Notes under the pieces: generated by a model | The model's input: only the letters and a program-made list of their open reading frames with translations | The model's database searches: none | What the model was told of the DNA's origin: nothing | NCBI GenBank assembly: GCA_964016885.1 | Contig: CAXHJY010000708.1 | Span: 124,001 to 188,000, forward strand | Origin: Eledone cirrhosa | Lineage: Eukaryota | Direction: 5' to 3' | Length of the DNA: 64,000 nucleotides | In this document: piece after piece, positions 48,929 through 62,663 of the stretch | Numbering within the stretch: the first letter of the stretch is position 1 | Layout of the letters: each line of letters begins with the position of its first letter | Program-made: the position numbers and the translations under genes

Positions 48929-51900
48929 AATTATGTAAAAACATATTTATACCCCTAAGCATAATATATGTGTCTAAGCGCGGGCGTATGTATATTTATG
49001 CGCTAAGTTTCCATACAAGTGCATGTAGAATTCGTCAACTGCAGTTTTGTAATGATATAATGAAAAATTATTTATTTCAGTAAACGAATAACACTTTTCA
49101 TTAATTACACCTTATATTTATTTGGTAATTTTTGTCAGATGAACCGAAAAAAAAAAAAAATGGGTTGCTGTTCCCTTATCATAATAACAGACGGAAACAA
49201 CTTGTCATTCCAGTTACCACTTGGGGCTTGTTGATAGCTGAACTTATTTTATTAATACTTAATAGTGTTTTGAAACTGTTCGTTTAACATATACAATTAT
49301 AAATCTTTCAATTACTTTTCTCAGTTCATTGCTGTTGAATATATTGGAATGTTCATTTTCCAGCTCATTCGTCTAGAACATGTTTTATGTGAAAATTATT
49401 GAAGCAAATTCAATAGAATGGAATATATGAATTCTTTGTTGATTTATGCAGATATATTTCTATCATATTTACTGAAATAAAGAAATCTAACACCATATTA
49501 AGCTATGTGCTATTTAATAGATATTACATAACAAAAATGAAGTCAATATTAGGGAAATCTCAATTTGTTTGGGTCTAAGGATCACTGGTATTTAGTGGAT
49601 ATCAGTTTTTTAATCAGTAATCCTTTTGGGACCACTATAATATTTATAGAACCTGTGTCATAGCTTCTGTTTCCACAGTTGTTGTTTAGACCCTCATCAA
49701 TCCTATAGCTCCCTCCTCATTTTTATTGGATGTTTAAGATTACTTTATCTAATGTGTCATTTTCTTTAGGGTGCAATTTACAGGGGATGAGGGTGGAATT
49801 TGGTTATTATTTTCAGTAGCTTGAACGACCACATAGCTTTCTCATTGTATGAAGCTTTATTAGTATTCAACAAATGTGAGGAAACTTTCCATGGATAGAT
49901 AGCTAGTTAATCTATTGCAAGTAACTTGCTGAACATTCATAGTCAAGTACACTATCCAGAGAAATGAGGTTTGTTATGTTGATATTCTCATCTGGATAAA
50001 TTCAACATCTTGACCTCTTACTTTTTCTTCTTCATCATTTTTATGTCCACTTTTCCTACTGACAAGTTTCATGTGTTGTCACAATTCGAGTTGGTTCTTA
50101 TTCAGAGTTATTGCCTTCCAAGATGGGTTGGAGGACTATGCCTTGTTCGTATGTTCCATTTGTGGCATGGTTTCTTCCCTGTGTGTATTTGGTGCATTTA
50201 TCATGGCACTAATACTAGAGCAGTTATCTTGTCCTCAGCAAGTCTAAAAAGCCCTCTCTGTCTTAGTGTCTTGATTTGATCATCAATCACTTTACATTTA
50301 CATTTTATCATGGAACCAGCAGTGGGATGGTTGTCTTGTTCCCTGTAAGTCAAAAGAGTCTTTACTATGATGTTCTTGCTCATTCAGAGCAATGTGACCA
50401 AGAGGTTGAAAAGAAGAGAGAGAGCAATGGCAGAAGAACAAGGGTGAGTGGGTGAAGGGAACAACAATATGATGGGAGAAAGAGTGATTGGGGTGAGTGG
50501 ATGATAGAGGAGGGAGTGATGGAAGATAGATGGTGTTGGAGGGACTAATGGAGAGGAGACTAATGGCAGGGAATATTGGAAGTAACACAGTAATAGCAGC
50601 TACATGTTTATTGGTGAGAGAGTTGTTGAGGAATTTATATTATTTCTGTGAATTACATCATTATTTATATCTGAAGGACCAGATAGTATCTTAGCTTAAA
50701 GTTTTCCTGGTAATCGTTTTTAGAAATATTTTATCTCTTTATGAATCAGCTTACTGAAATGAATTGCATGTTTGTACTGCAAATGTTGATTGGGTGAGAA
50801 AAGCAAAATATCATTGCGAGCTGTGATTGAGCAGATTTAGTCTAAACTATTTAACACTAGCTAAGCCTATTGGCATTTTTAAAAAAAATGATATTTAAAA
50901 GTAATTTAAAGTAATAAAGGGTTTATTGTTGTTATTTTTTGTTTTGTTTTAAAAATGCTGTCTGTTAAACACAAAGAGAAAAATCCTTAGTGTAAAATTT
51001 TTTTGCTTTGATTTATCAAGTTGTAAAATACAAGTCATACTTCTGGTATCAGATTGAAAAAAGTACTTTATATGAATATTTTCTGTTAGTCTTGTGAGGT
51101 TTCCTCTTCCTCATCATAGTTGTTCTTATCAAGTTTCTCACATCTCTATGGATTGGTTGGTGTGTTAGTATTTAGCAAACTTTCAAACACATAGTTGTCA
51201 GCTTCTGATACAACAATCATTTATGGCTTCTCTTATTCAAGAGCTGTTGATAGTTTTACTTTTTACTCTTTCTTCTTGTCTTTATTTTACCTATGAGACA
51301 TTAACCCTTTTCATACCATACTTTGGTTCTACAATACTATGCTGTTTATTTTGATGCCATATTTATATAAAAATCTTCCATTGTGATTTTATGTAAGAAC
51401 TTTTGTTAAATTCCAAACAGCTTAATAACGAGAAAGTTTGTTATATTACTATATCTCTCCAATTCTTGATTATTTTCAAAATTATTTGAAAACCATAAGC
51501 AGTGTCTTTAATGGTTTTTTATTCGATTCATTAAATGATTGAAATTAAATTGATGTGTGATGGTGTTTAAGATGTGAGGTGTGGAAGGCAGGAAAAATAC
51601 ATAGTTTACATTATGATAAATATAATTACATTGAATTATAATGATACAATAATAGAAAATATGTGATATTTAAAAGTGTTCATGTAAATACATGTGGTGT
51701 ATGTGTACAGTTCCATGAGTTTAGGGTAGAAAATGAGCTTGATTTTGATTCACAACTGTTAAACATGGCATCAATTGTGTTGTCCAAGTCTATTGACATC
51801 AGACTGATCTGGAATCCAAGCCTCTTTACATAATAGTGAGAAATCATGGATGGTTTGTTATGGACAACTGAATCTCTTGTGCTTCTTACTGTCTATAAAA

Positions 51901-52029
51901 CTATTTGTTGTTTACTCCCAGAAAAACAATTATTGTCTGCTTCATTGTGTTTTATTTGCTGACATTAGATGTTTCTTTTTCGTGTCAAGTGAAAGCAAAT
52001 CAAGAGTTTCAGGTTTCGAATCCACATAG

Positions 52030-52170
52030 AAACTTGCTACATGGTATTCTAATTCTTAAATCAGTGATACACAACCTGCTACATGATATTTTAACTCTTA
52101 AAGCAATGATACACAACCTGCTACATGACATTTTAACTATTAAAGCAGTAATGCACAACTTACTACATGA
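52030..52170. repeat. 42-bp tandem repeat, about 3.5 copies
   Basis: Unit tgatacacaacctgctacatgatattttaactcttaaagcaa. Confidence 0.85.
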
Positions 52171-53761
52171 AGGATACTTCATGGACCACCACATGCAACA
52201 CAGTAGGACATAAAACCCAACATAGACCACCAAATTTTGGTGTAGATCACTGGTAGTTCATCTTTGATTTTAAAACAGACAGAGGTTACCATTAAGGTTA
52301 ACTAGGCAGATGCCTAGGGTGCAGATCTCAGAGAAGCATATTATTGAACTTTAAAGGATCTCAGTTATATACAAATTTGTATGATTAAATTAAATATAAA
52401 ATAATTTCCTGTAATCAATGAGTAAATCACTGAACATCTTTGTCACTTAGCATCAATGTGAAAATACCCAAAGCTGTGGAGAAATTTGTATGTTATGATC
52501 TGTCACATGACTTCGCATAGGTGAATGTGGTCTGTATGGTGGAAAATTTAGGCTTACTAGTTTCCCTAATATGGTTATAGCAAGAAGTGTCAAAAACTAG
52601 GTTCATCAGTTTACTAAATTTTAAGTTGAAATTATTATATTTGGCAGAATAGGGGGCACGCATTGTAGAGTTAGTCTAGGGTGGTAAATACCCAGGAGCC
52701 AGCTCTGTCTTAAATTATTAAATTTTGTTTTTCTTATTTTCTTATGGTTTTGGTTATTGTTTTTGGAAGGAGTGTAGAGTGCTGAACAAAATGTTTTGCA
52801 GTATTTAGTAACATCCCTTTACAAACTAAGCTCAAATTCTACTGGAGTTGGCTTGCCTTTCATCTTTTTGGTGAAGGATTGATGAAATAAGTTCCAGGTA
52901 TATACTGAGGTCAATTGAATCAAATATAATTTCTGACTTCTTATGAATGTAAGAAATCCTTATTGTTGCTGTTGATATTATTCATAGGAAATATGTTTTA
53001 AAAACTTAGACTATTCACTTTTTTTGTTCTTTAGCCTGTTTCTTTCTCGTCTAAACTCTGACATTTCTGTATTACATACAAATAGAATATACAATGACTA
53101 GAACCACTGAGAGAACATTTTCAAGGTGGAACGTGACTACTTTTGAGTCTAAGGAGGGAGCCCTTTCAAAATTGAATGGGTCGAAGCAATTTTTAAGGAG
53201 TGGGGGAGGAGGCAAACCAGCTGAACCTCCTACTTCTTTTATAAACTCTGGTAATGAAGCTAATTGTTTGTTTTATTGGCATGACGACTAGTAAAACTAT
53301 TAAATAAAACAGTATATTCATATAATATTTATAGGAATATATTTAGTATTGCGATAGCCTTAGTTTGTTTAGTTTTGTTAAACATTGTTCAACAATGTTT
53401 ACTTGTTTTTGATACATCTGTTGTCTTGATTAATTAAAGTTATTCTGTTCACCACATTATATATGTTGACATTTCACTATTGGGCAGCTTTGGTTATGTG
53501 GGCTCAAGACAATATGTCAAGAGATTTCTATATTGGGTCATCTTCAGAAATTGTGATCAGGTAGAAAGAACACTGTACTTGATATTTGATGAATGGCTCA
53601 TTGAATGAGACCCTAAGTAACTGATACTTAGGTGACCAGCTAGATCCTGTTGTAGTGCACCTGAACACTGTACACAATAATTTCATTATTATCCTGTCTC
53701 ACTCATATCTCAAGCTTAATAATATTTAGGTGACCTTGTAAAATGTATTACAAGTGCAGAT

Positions 53762-54110
53762 GTGAAAATAAAATGTACCTATCCCACACAGTAAAGTGGT
53801 AGTGGTGTTGTCATGATAAAATGTACCCAGCCCTCACAGTAAAGTGGTAGTGGTGGTGTCATGAAAAAAATGTACCCAACCCACTCAGTTAAGTGGTAGT
53901 GCTAGTATCATGATAAAAAGTATCTAGCTCACACTATAAATAACAAAATATGAATCCAGCCTACACTGTAAAGTGACAGTGTCCGTGCTATGATAAAATT
54001 TATCCACTCCACACTATAAAACGGTTGTGGTGGTGCCATGAAAAAAAGCACACAGTCCACCCTGTCAGGTGGTAGTGGTGGTGCATTAAGAATATGAACC
54101 CAGTACATGC
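53762..54110. repeat. Degenerate ~50-bp tandem array derived from a SINE-like segment
   Basis: Recurrent gtggtagtggtg..catgataaaatgtacccagcc..cacagtaaa; related single copies near 35380 and 39120. Confidence 0.7.
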
Positions 54111-55549
54111 TGTGGTGTCACTGGCATTAGAGTCTCTAGCTATATAAACCAAGCTAAAATAGAAGCCACGGTCATCTTATCTGTCTTTCCTCAGAATGTG
54201 ACAACCTGTCTAACTCATGCAAATATGGAAAACAAATGTAAAATGGTGATGATAATATCTACAACTTAGATGATACAATATCTACAGCTTAGTGACCACT
54301 ATTTTGACATGTATATTGTTTTTCATTTTTATATACAACCATCATCATTTATAATTTATATCTAACTGCTTTCCATGATGGCATGGGTTGGCTGAGCTGT
54401 TAGGGTCTGAATTCGTTCTTAGTCTAAGTTATTGCTCTCCTATATGGAACAGAGAACTATGATGTCTTGTTCAAGCATTCCATTTCTGGCATGATTTTTT
54501 ATAAGGGGTACTAGGAGGATTTTATTGTGATATGAGCATCAGAAAGGTTGACATGTCCTCAACAAGATCAAAGAGTTCTCTGTATTCTTACAGCATTAGA
54601 GAGGTTGTCATGTCCTCAAAATCATGACCAAAAAATCCTCTGTACTCTCTACTCTACATTGTCACCATTTGCCAACAATTTTACAGAGACTACTGGGTGC
54701 CTTTTATCACGGCACTAATAATTATGATTCCAATCGTTAGTGAAGTGATCACTGGGTGACCTTGAATATTGTGATGCTTTCATCCATGCTGTAGTATATT
54801 TACCCTACACTGAATAATATAATGCATATATAACATATGGTTTGAAATATTTACTGATTCAGTCACAACTGGTGACTGATATTATGCCAGATACTTCAGG
54901 GTAAATAAAGTTTGCAATTAGTTACACCCGTAAGAATACAAGCAGATATATGTTGTTTTATGAGTAAAGAAATATAGATAACATTGAGTTGATGAAGTAA
55001 CATTTAGTTAACTATGTTAATAAATCATAGACAATATATCCTAGACTGACCTATGTGAATGATCTATTAGACAACACTGGCTTCTATATTCTACATGCAC
55101 TTGTAATGACCTATTTTTAACTCAGCTAAAATTTTATACATGACACTTAATTTTACTGATTTCTTTTTTTTTTTAAGTTTAGGCTACATTTATATGGTAT
55201 AGTAAGCACTAACATACTTAATATGACAAGCATGATAACTTCCGTTAATCACTGTTATACACATATTGAAGGAGGGAGATAAACATCATTGAATATTCAC
55301 CCAAACAATGACCAAAGTAGCAATTCAATATAATATATATATATATACACACACACACACAAACATATATATATCTATATATGGACGCACCCCAATTTAG
55401 AAGGTAATAATTAGAAAACATAAATTGCCAGTTCCTACTACCAAGTAATATTTACTCCATTGAAATCTAACCTTATTTCAGCTTGAAATTCTCACTAATT
55501 GTGACAAATTCATCAGAAACTAGGATGGAACACTAAATTATATTGAATA

Positions 55550-56850
55550 TAAGAAGTTCGTCCCAAAAGTAAGGGTACTGGTGTTATATTTAAATATATA
55601 TTAGATGTAAATGAAATTACAAGTTATCTCCTTCAAAATATACGACCTTTGGGAAGTAGCAGTACCGGAAGTCATTTTCTGTGAGTGTCCATGTCTTGTC
55701 GATTTCAATATTTTGTATATACTCCACAATCTCCAAAGGATGACCCTTCAACTTCGATTTCAATTTAGGGAAGAGGTAGAAATAAATTGTATGGACTCGA
55801 TCTGAGCTATAGGGATGATGTGAAAGAGTGGGAATATTTTTCTTTACCAGAAATTCTCTAATTGAAGCAGTGAGCAGGTGTGTTATGATGGTGCAGTAAC
55901 CTATCCCCTTTTGGACTTGCTGTGTGAGCAGGTGTGTTATGATGGTGCAGTAACCTATCCCCTTTTGGACTCGCTGGATCTGTTTTCGAAGTTATTCCAA
56001 GACATCTTTGTAGAATGTGCGATTAATTGTCTGTCCTAGAGGTAAAAATCTTTGTGAACACTACCACAGCTATTGAAAAAAATACTAAACATCATTTTCA
56101 CCCTGTATCTGCTTATACATGCTTTCTTTGGATGAGGATAATTTTTCATGCCATTCTTCACTTTGCTGTTTTATCTCTGGATTGTACTCAAACATCCATA
56201 ATTCATCTCCTGTTATCACTTTATCCTAGAAATTTGGCCTAATTTCGAGTCTTTCTAGTAAATCCTGACAAATTTCCAGCCAGTTCATTTTTGCCCCACA
56301 GATAAGTGTTCAGGCACTAAAATTGCACCAATTTTTCACATGTGCAAATGGTTTAAAAATTCTGTAAACTGCATTTTTATCCAAGCCTGTCTCTTCTGCA
56401 ATCCTAACATTTGATCAGCGATCTTTCACCATCACCACTTGCACCACTTCCACATTTTGTTTATTTATTGACAAGATTGGTTTTCAACATGTTCTTGGCC
56501 TTCTTTGAAAGCTTTGTGTCTCTTAAAAACCTTACTTCTTGATAGAGAGACATTTCCATAAGCTTGTGTTAAAGAATCAAATGTTTCAGTGACAGATTTG
56601 TTGAGTTTCACACAAAATTTGATTGCGTACCATAGTTTGATATTTTCCTGCATCACAAATGTAACAGAGGTTATAAACATGTCTGTACATAAACAGCATT
56701 AACTAATGACTGACTCAATCAATCATGTTGAAACAGGTATGTGCGTAGAGCAAAGGTCATAACCACACCTATATAAATATATCAACGAGGTGTTGTTACC
56801 ATGTCATACATAAGAAAATCGGAACCCTTACATTTGGTAAAAACCTTGTC
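55550..56850 (-). mobile_element. Decayed mariner transposon (~1.3 kb)
   Basis: HTH segment YAIKFCVKLNKSVTETF...LSRSKVFKRHKAFKEG, a duplicated HHNTPAH (HDNAPAH-like) segment, HHPYSSD..FYLFPKLK and a C-terminal YFEGD. Degenerate TIRs caaaagtaagggt / acccttacatttg. Confidence 0.85.
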
Positions 56851-57790
56851 TGTAGTTTTGGATACAAAAATAATGTTAGGTCTGATTTATGTTTAGATTA
56901 AATCATGCAGTAGGCTTAGTGTTCAATTTATTTTAGCTTGAAATCCTCACTCTAAACTTATAATTCCCATTACTGAACAGCTTTTAGAGACATTTTATGA
57001 AGAAAAAATATATTTAATAAGCCATGAAACATGGTATATAATCTGGTTTGAAATGGTTTGATGAACTGAAGTTACAATTAGGAAACATTTAGTGTTATGA
57101 GGGGAAGAATAATCTGATATTTGGCCAACTCAATGACAACTCCAGACATGTTTCAGTCTTATTAAAGTGCTTCTTTGGAGCATAGTCATTCACATGTCTA
57201 CCAGATCGATAGAGAGTAAGAAATATATGTATAAGCAGAGTAGATTAATACACTGAAGTGTCAATAACTCTACTTGAGTATTCACTTAGTTTGTGATGAC
57301 CCACCCTACTCTTTGCAAGCAGGGAAAACATGTTTAATAATAATAATAATAATGACGACAATGCAGCAGCAGCAGCATAAGAGAGAAAGTTTGAGAGTTC
57401 AAAATGTTATAAAAGTAATCTAAAAATATTTCAACAACCCTTACTGGTACAATGAAATATGTGTCCAATGAAGATAAAATCTTATGTTATAATATGTAGA
57501 ATCCACTTAGAGTTGTAGTATCTCATCCAATTTATGATGGATAATAGGTGTTATTTAGGCAGTCATTATATAAAGAGACCTGTAGCACAGAGTCAGTCAT
57601 TTAAATACTTAGAAATAAGAAACATTTACTTCGTCGATTCTCACTACTTCATTGTATATGATAGTGGTACTTATTTTTTCAATCCTACATAAACGAAAGA
57701 TATAGTTTAACCTGTTAATTAACACACTACCTGAAATCACTCCTGGTTTATTTGACAAGTCTTTATATTTATCTAAAAACCTTCCATTAT

Positions 57791-57980
57791 AATTGTTTCT
57801 ACTTTTAGGCACAAGGCCAGCAATTACCCAGTGCATTACTGGTACTTTATTTTATCGACCCCGGAAGGATAAAAGGCAAAGTTAACCTCGGCGGGATTTG
57901 AACTCAGATCATACAAGGAGGTAACTCTATGCTTCAAAGCATGGCATCCGACCCTCTACCGATACTGCCAATCCACCGCC
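57791..57980 (-). mobile_element. Family A SINE with a 17-bp TSD
   Basis: aaaccttccattataat occurs at 57777-57793 and 57983-57999. Confidence 0.92.
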
Positions 57981-57999
57981 TTAAACCTTCCATTATAAT

Positions 58000-58184
58000 G
58001 GTGAATTGGCAGTATCGGTAGAGGGTTGGACGTCATGCTTTGCAGCACAGTTACGTCCCTTTACGGACTGAGTTCAAATCTCGCCGAGGTTAACTTTGCC
58101 TTTCATCCTTACGGGGTCGATAAAATAAAGTACCAGTAATACACTGGGATAATTGCTGGCCTTGTGCCAAAAGTAGAAACAATT
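58000..58184 (+). mobile_element. Family A SINE, head-to-head with the previous copy
   Basis: Full consensus copy. Confidence 0.92.
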
Positions 58185-58634
58185 ATAATTTTATGTAAAA
58201 ACTGTTATTTTCCAAATACCAGATGTATAATGAGAAAGTTATATTACTAAATCACTCCAAATGTTTCATTTATCATCATCATCATCATCATTTAGCATCT
58301 GGTTTCCCAGGCCAGCACTCAAGTGGAATCACTGACCTCCAGGTGGGCCAGGGGCCTGACATACAGTCCTGTATTCTACTGAGTACATTTTATCATAGCA
58401 CCAACTCTACAGAAGTTGTCATGTCTTTGTCACAGCTGATGAGTCCCCCCCCCCACCGACCCATTTTAGGGCTGGGTTTCGATGGGTGATCACTTTTCTT
58501 ATCACCAATCACTTTACAGAGTGTACAACATGCAACACTAGGGAGGTTGTCATGTTTATGGTACAACATTAAAAAAATCATTGGCAGTACTTTTCATTAG
58601 AAATATGCTAATGAAACAAAACAATATATCTAAT

Positions 58635-59423
58635 GGTATTTAACTAATGTAATGGTACGTGATGGGGCCCACCCACAGCCCCGGCGGACAGAATGGAGAA
58701 GGCGTTTTCCCGGAGGACGGCAAGGGAGACGCGCTGGAAAAGCCACTCCAACTCGCGGGGCTCACATCTACGGCTGGCCAGCTCAGCGCCTATGGTGGTG
58801 AGTAAGGAGGTAGCCCTGGGGCCGAGGACACCAGAAGTTTCCACTGCCAGGGGAACGACCGCAAACCTGTCGGAGAGCGACCGGTATTTGAGGAGTTTGG
58901 CCACCTCAACCCGACGTGCAGCAGAACATGGGTCAGCCACAGACTGCACCAGGTTGCGGCTGCAGAAAGTGTCGGTGCAAGTAGCATCCCAGACGAGGGG
59001 TTTGCCACTGCGGAACGGGAAGATGGTCATGCCATCTGGCCTTTTGCCGTCCCCTAGATCCAGCCCCACCGGCTCGAGCTGGGAAGGGAAGCCTGCAGCG
59101 TCCAAGCCATGCTTAATGACCTTGTTGAGGGCAGTATGGCGTGGAATGCGGCCGGCACTGTGGCGACAGGAAAGCGGGTGGAGGCCGAAAGAGTCCACGG
59201 TGGAACCGCAGCGACATTGGTGTGGCTGGCAGATCTTTCTCCCCCTGTTGACGTCAAGTCCCCCCAACGCACTTGGGATGCCATCCTGTGCAGCCTGGCC
59301 TCAGACAGGCTCACGCACGAGCTCGACAAGAACTGCCCTGCTTGTTTTCGTGCGGCCTCCAAACCCCACAGTGGTGCCTGGCTCCATGCTCTGCCCTCCT
59401 TCTCCACTGGCACGCAGCTAGAC
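58635..59423 (-). mobile_element. 5'-truncated, 5'-inverted CRE-like RLE retrotransposon with a 15-bp TSD
   Basis: CCHC knuckle (CRCG...HPLSC), RH..LN, RLE motif KRPDG...WDAT and FQRVSLAV on the minus strand. The upstream segment WDAIL...SGAWLHALP...LDNN lies on the plus strand. TSD aacaatatatctaat at 58620-58634 and 59424-59438. Confidence 0.9.
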
Positions 59424-60629
59424 AACAATATATCTAATTAGATTGCGAGTTTCCTAGTTAACAATTCTGTACCACTTCTCAAAGATGACCTCTTTCAGCT
59501 TCTTAACCCTTTTGTTACAGTATTTCTTATAAAATACACTGCTTATGTGTTTCAATCAATTTTGAAAATAATCAGTTTGGTAGAATTGAATAAAATAACT
59601 TTCATTAGTTAATAAAGCAACTCTTTTATTAGTAAACATTACTTAACATATTTCAAAATGAATAGTTTTGTATCATAAATCCAGGACAATTTCTTGTGGT
59701 TTGGTATCAAAAGTGTTAATACTAATGACACTTACATGACAATTATGATCTATTATTGAATAATATAAAAAAATAAACAACCGAAAGTATGAATTATCTT
59801 TTGCTATGATTAATGAAATATGGAAAGTGAATCAAATGAGTTAATAATTTGTCTAGTCAATTGTCTAATACTTCTATTTGTTGAAGGTTTATATACAAGC
59901 TGTTATTTATTTAATTTAAAGAAAACTGTTTTTAATTATTGGACTGCATTCATTGGGATATTATCTTCAAGGATTTAGTTGATCATATTAGCACCAGTAC
60001 ATATTTTACATCCTTACGGGGTCGATAAAATAAAGTACCAGTAATGCACTGGATAATTGCTGGCCTTGTGCCTAAAGTAGAAACAATTACTTACTTTACC
60101 AAACTCTGTTAAACTGCTAAGTTCTTTCGTTACCATATTTCTAATGAAGGATATTACCTACAATTTTCAAATAATGTTGAAAATAATCAAATTTAGAGAG
60201 ATTTAGTAATAAACTAACTTTCTCATTATCAAGCTGGTGTTTGGATCATAAGTTAACACAGGTTTATACATAGAATTATGATGGAAGGTTTTAGTTATAT
60301 ATTAAACAGCTTTATATTGTATATCCAATGGTTGTTTTGAGGTAGTTTGGTATCAAAAGGGTTAATGGGCAAAGAGGGGCATAGTATCTTTTGACTGGTG
60401 TAAATGTAAACACACGCACATGATAGGCTTCTGTCTACTAAATTTAATTCACAAGGTGTAGGACAGTCCAAAGCTATTGTTAACACTCAAATGGGTGACC
60501 TCGTTGTGAAACTTAAGCATTTTATAAACTGTGGTTAAGGAGTTTGCATCATGATTACGTAGTTCTAGATTTGATTCTACAGTGTAGCCCCTGTATTAAT
60601 AAGACTCAATATTACTTAATTCTCCTAAG

Positions 60630-61025
60630 GGTAGTGGATTAGTAGTATTGGTAGGCGGGTTGGATGTTTTGTGGCATATGGTTATGTCCCTTTATGTTCT
60701 GAGTTCAGATCTCACCGAGGTTAGCTTTGCTTTTCATCCACACAGGGATTGATAAAATAAAGTGCCAGTAACCCACTAGGGTCAATTTAATCGACCTTCC
60801 CCTCTACCAAAATCGTTGGCTTTGTGCCAAATGTAGAAACCATTATTGGCAGTATCAGTATAGGGTCGGACGCCATACTTTGCAGCAAAGAGTTACAGCC
60901 CTTTATGGTCTGAGTTCAAGTCCCGCCGAGGTTAACTTTGCCTTTCATACTTACGGGGTCGATAAAATAAAGTACCAGTAATGCACTGGGATGATTGCTG
61001 GCCTTGTGCCAAAAGTAGAAACAAT
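60630..61025 (+). mobile_element. Two tandem family A SINEs (older long form, then younger short form)
   Basis: Two B-box/central-domain/tail units. A 3' fragment also lies at 60008-60088. Confidence 0.85.
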
Positions 61026-62337
61026 TATTACTTTACTTTAATGACATGCTTTCAACATATTTTATTTATTCAAATGAATAAGCAAATGTATTATCGTAGA
61101 AATTAATTATCAAATCATAGCTTTAAAACTGTTTATAAACTTTCTTGTAGGTTTGACAAACTTTTTTTTATAGAATCCTCTTGGAACAATATTGGGCTAC
61201 GTAGTAAAGTTTAGGAAATCTTTCTTAGAAAGAAAAAAAATGAAACAAAATCCAGTGTCTAAGAAAATTAATGATAGATTGCAATAAAATTTGTAAAATG
61301 AGATATTTTCATGTCATGACAAGAGAATGTGAATTTTGACATTTTGGGCAGTCAAAATTTCTATCATTTTCTTTGAAGAAGACATAGCAGAAATATATAT
61401 GAAATATCAGAACTTATTTTTCCTCATAGCACACAAACTTGTATCATTTTTTAAATTTTATTAGACCACTAGACATTTTATCTAATTCCACCTTGTACTT
61501 ATTCAAGGAATTCATCTGTTGATTTATTGCAAAACTTTGAAAATGAAATGTAATATTGTTACAATATTTTAATGGATTTAATGATAGTTTGAGTTGATGA
61601 CTTAAAACTGATTTTAATTTGTTGTTTGAGCTTTTATTATCAATCATAGAGGGTTAAATCTGATAACTAAAACTGATGGTTTGTAATGGTCGTTTGGACT
61701 GATTCCAGAAAGTAATGACCTAAGTTGATTATTTGAACAGTTAGTTGGCATTGATGGCTAAAAATGTTTTTATTGATGATTTATATCAACTGGAAGTTAA
61801 ACAAAATATTTAAAATAATCAGTATAATGTTGGTAGTGTATACATTGTGATATGTCAGTTAAGAAAACTAAACAAAAGAGGACTTTATTTACAGAAGGGG
61901 TTGTTTATTGAAGAAAATAGGTTTCTCTCTCAATATAAATTATAGTTTATACATCTCCTGAAAGGGTTAAATCACTTATTCATTTCAGTGATTAAACATA
62001 TTTTTTCACATTACTTCCACATATTCATGACTTGAAATATTACTTAATAACTGGAAATTCATATCATCATTATTAAACATAAAGTATAAAAATGAGGCCA
62101 AGATGTAAACATTTGAAGTTGTGGCATTAATGTTGTGAAAGTAGTTCCAACTGAAAACCTCAACCAACCAATTAACTATATTTGTTAAGAATCTCCCACA
62201 ATGTCCATCACAGAAATACATGTATTATGATCTGATGATTTTTTAAATATTTTTTTTCTGGACGAAATAGGAATGCCCCTGCCCTTTGTAGCTTCTCCAA
62301 GATGTTCTGGGAATAATGGTTAGTTCAAGGTCTATAC

Positions 62338-62663
62338 CAGGAGTTCCTAATCTTTTTGATATCATTACTTCTTGCTCTCGCATGGAAACATTTTCCACTG
62401 CCCACCTGTATAGTAAATATTCAAAAACATGCCCAAAATGTTTGGTAAAAGTTTGTTACTGGTTTGTTGTTCCCATTTAGTCTCCTGTTTATTTTTTTAA
62501 TCAGATTCTTTGCATATCTACTTTGAATATTTTTTTCGGGTAGCATATGTTCTTATTACTCAAAATCTGATATCGCCCACCAAAATTTCTAATTGCGCAC
62601 CATTTTCTCTTCAGTTGCTTATCACCACCCAACAGTTGATATCGCCCAGGTTGGGAAACCCTG
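62338..62663. mobile_element. hAT (Charlie-like) MITE, degenerate
   Basis: Ends CAGGAGTTCCTAATCT...AGGTTGGGAAACCCTG; the TSD is not clean. Confidence 0.5.

Noticed and set aside
53094-53291. 65-aa ORF as a possible ITPR exon
   Set aside because: No similarity to the expected IP3R sequence following ISTLG (LVDDRCVV...).
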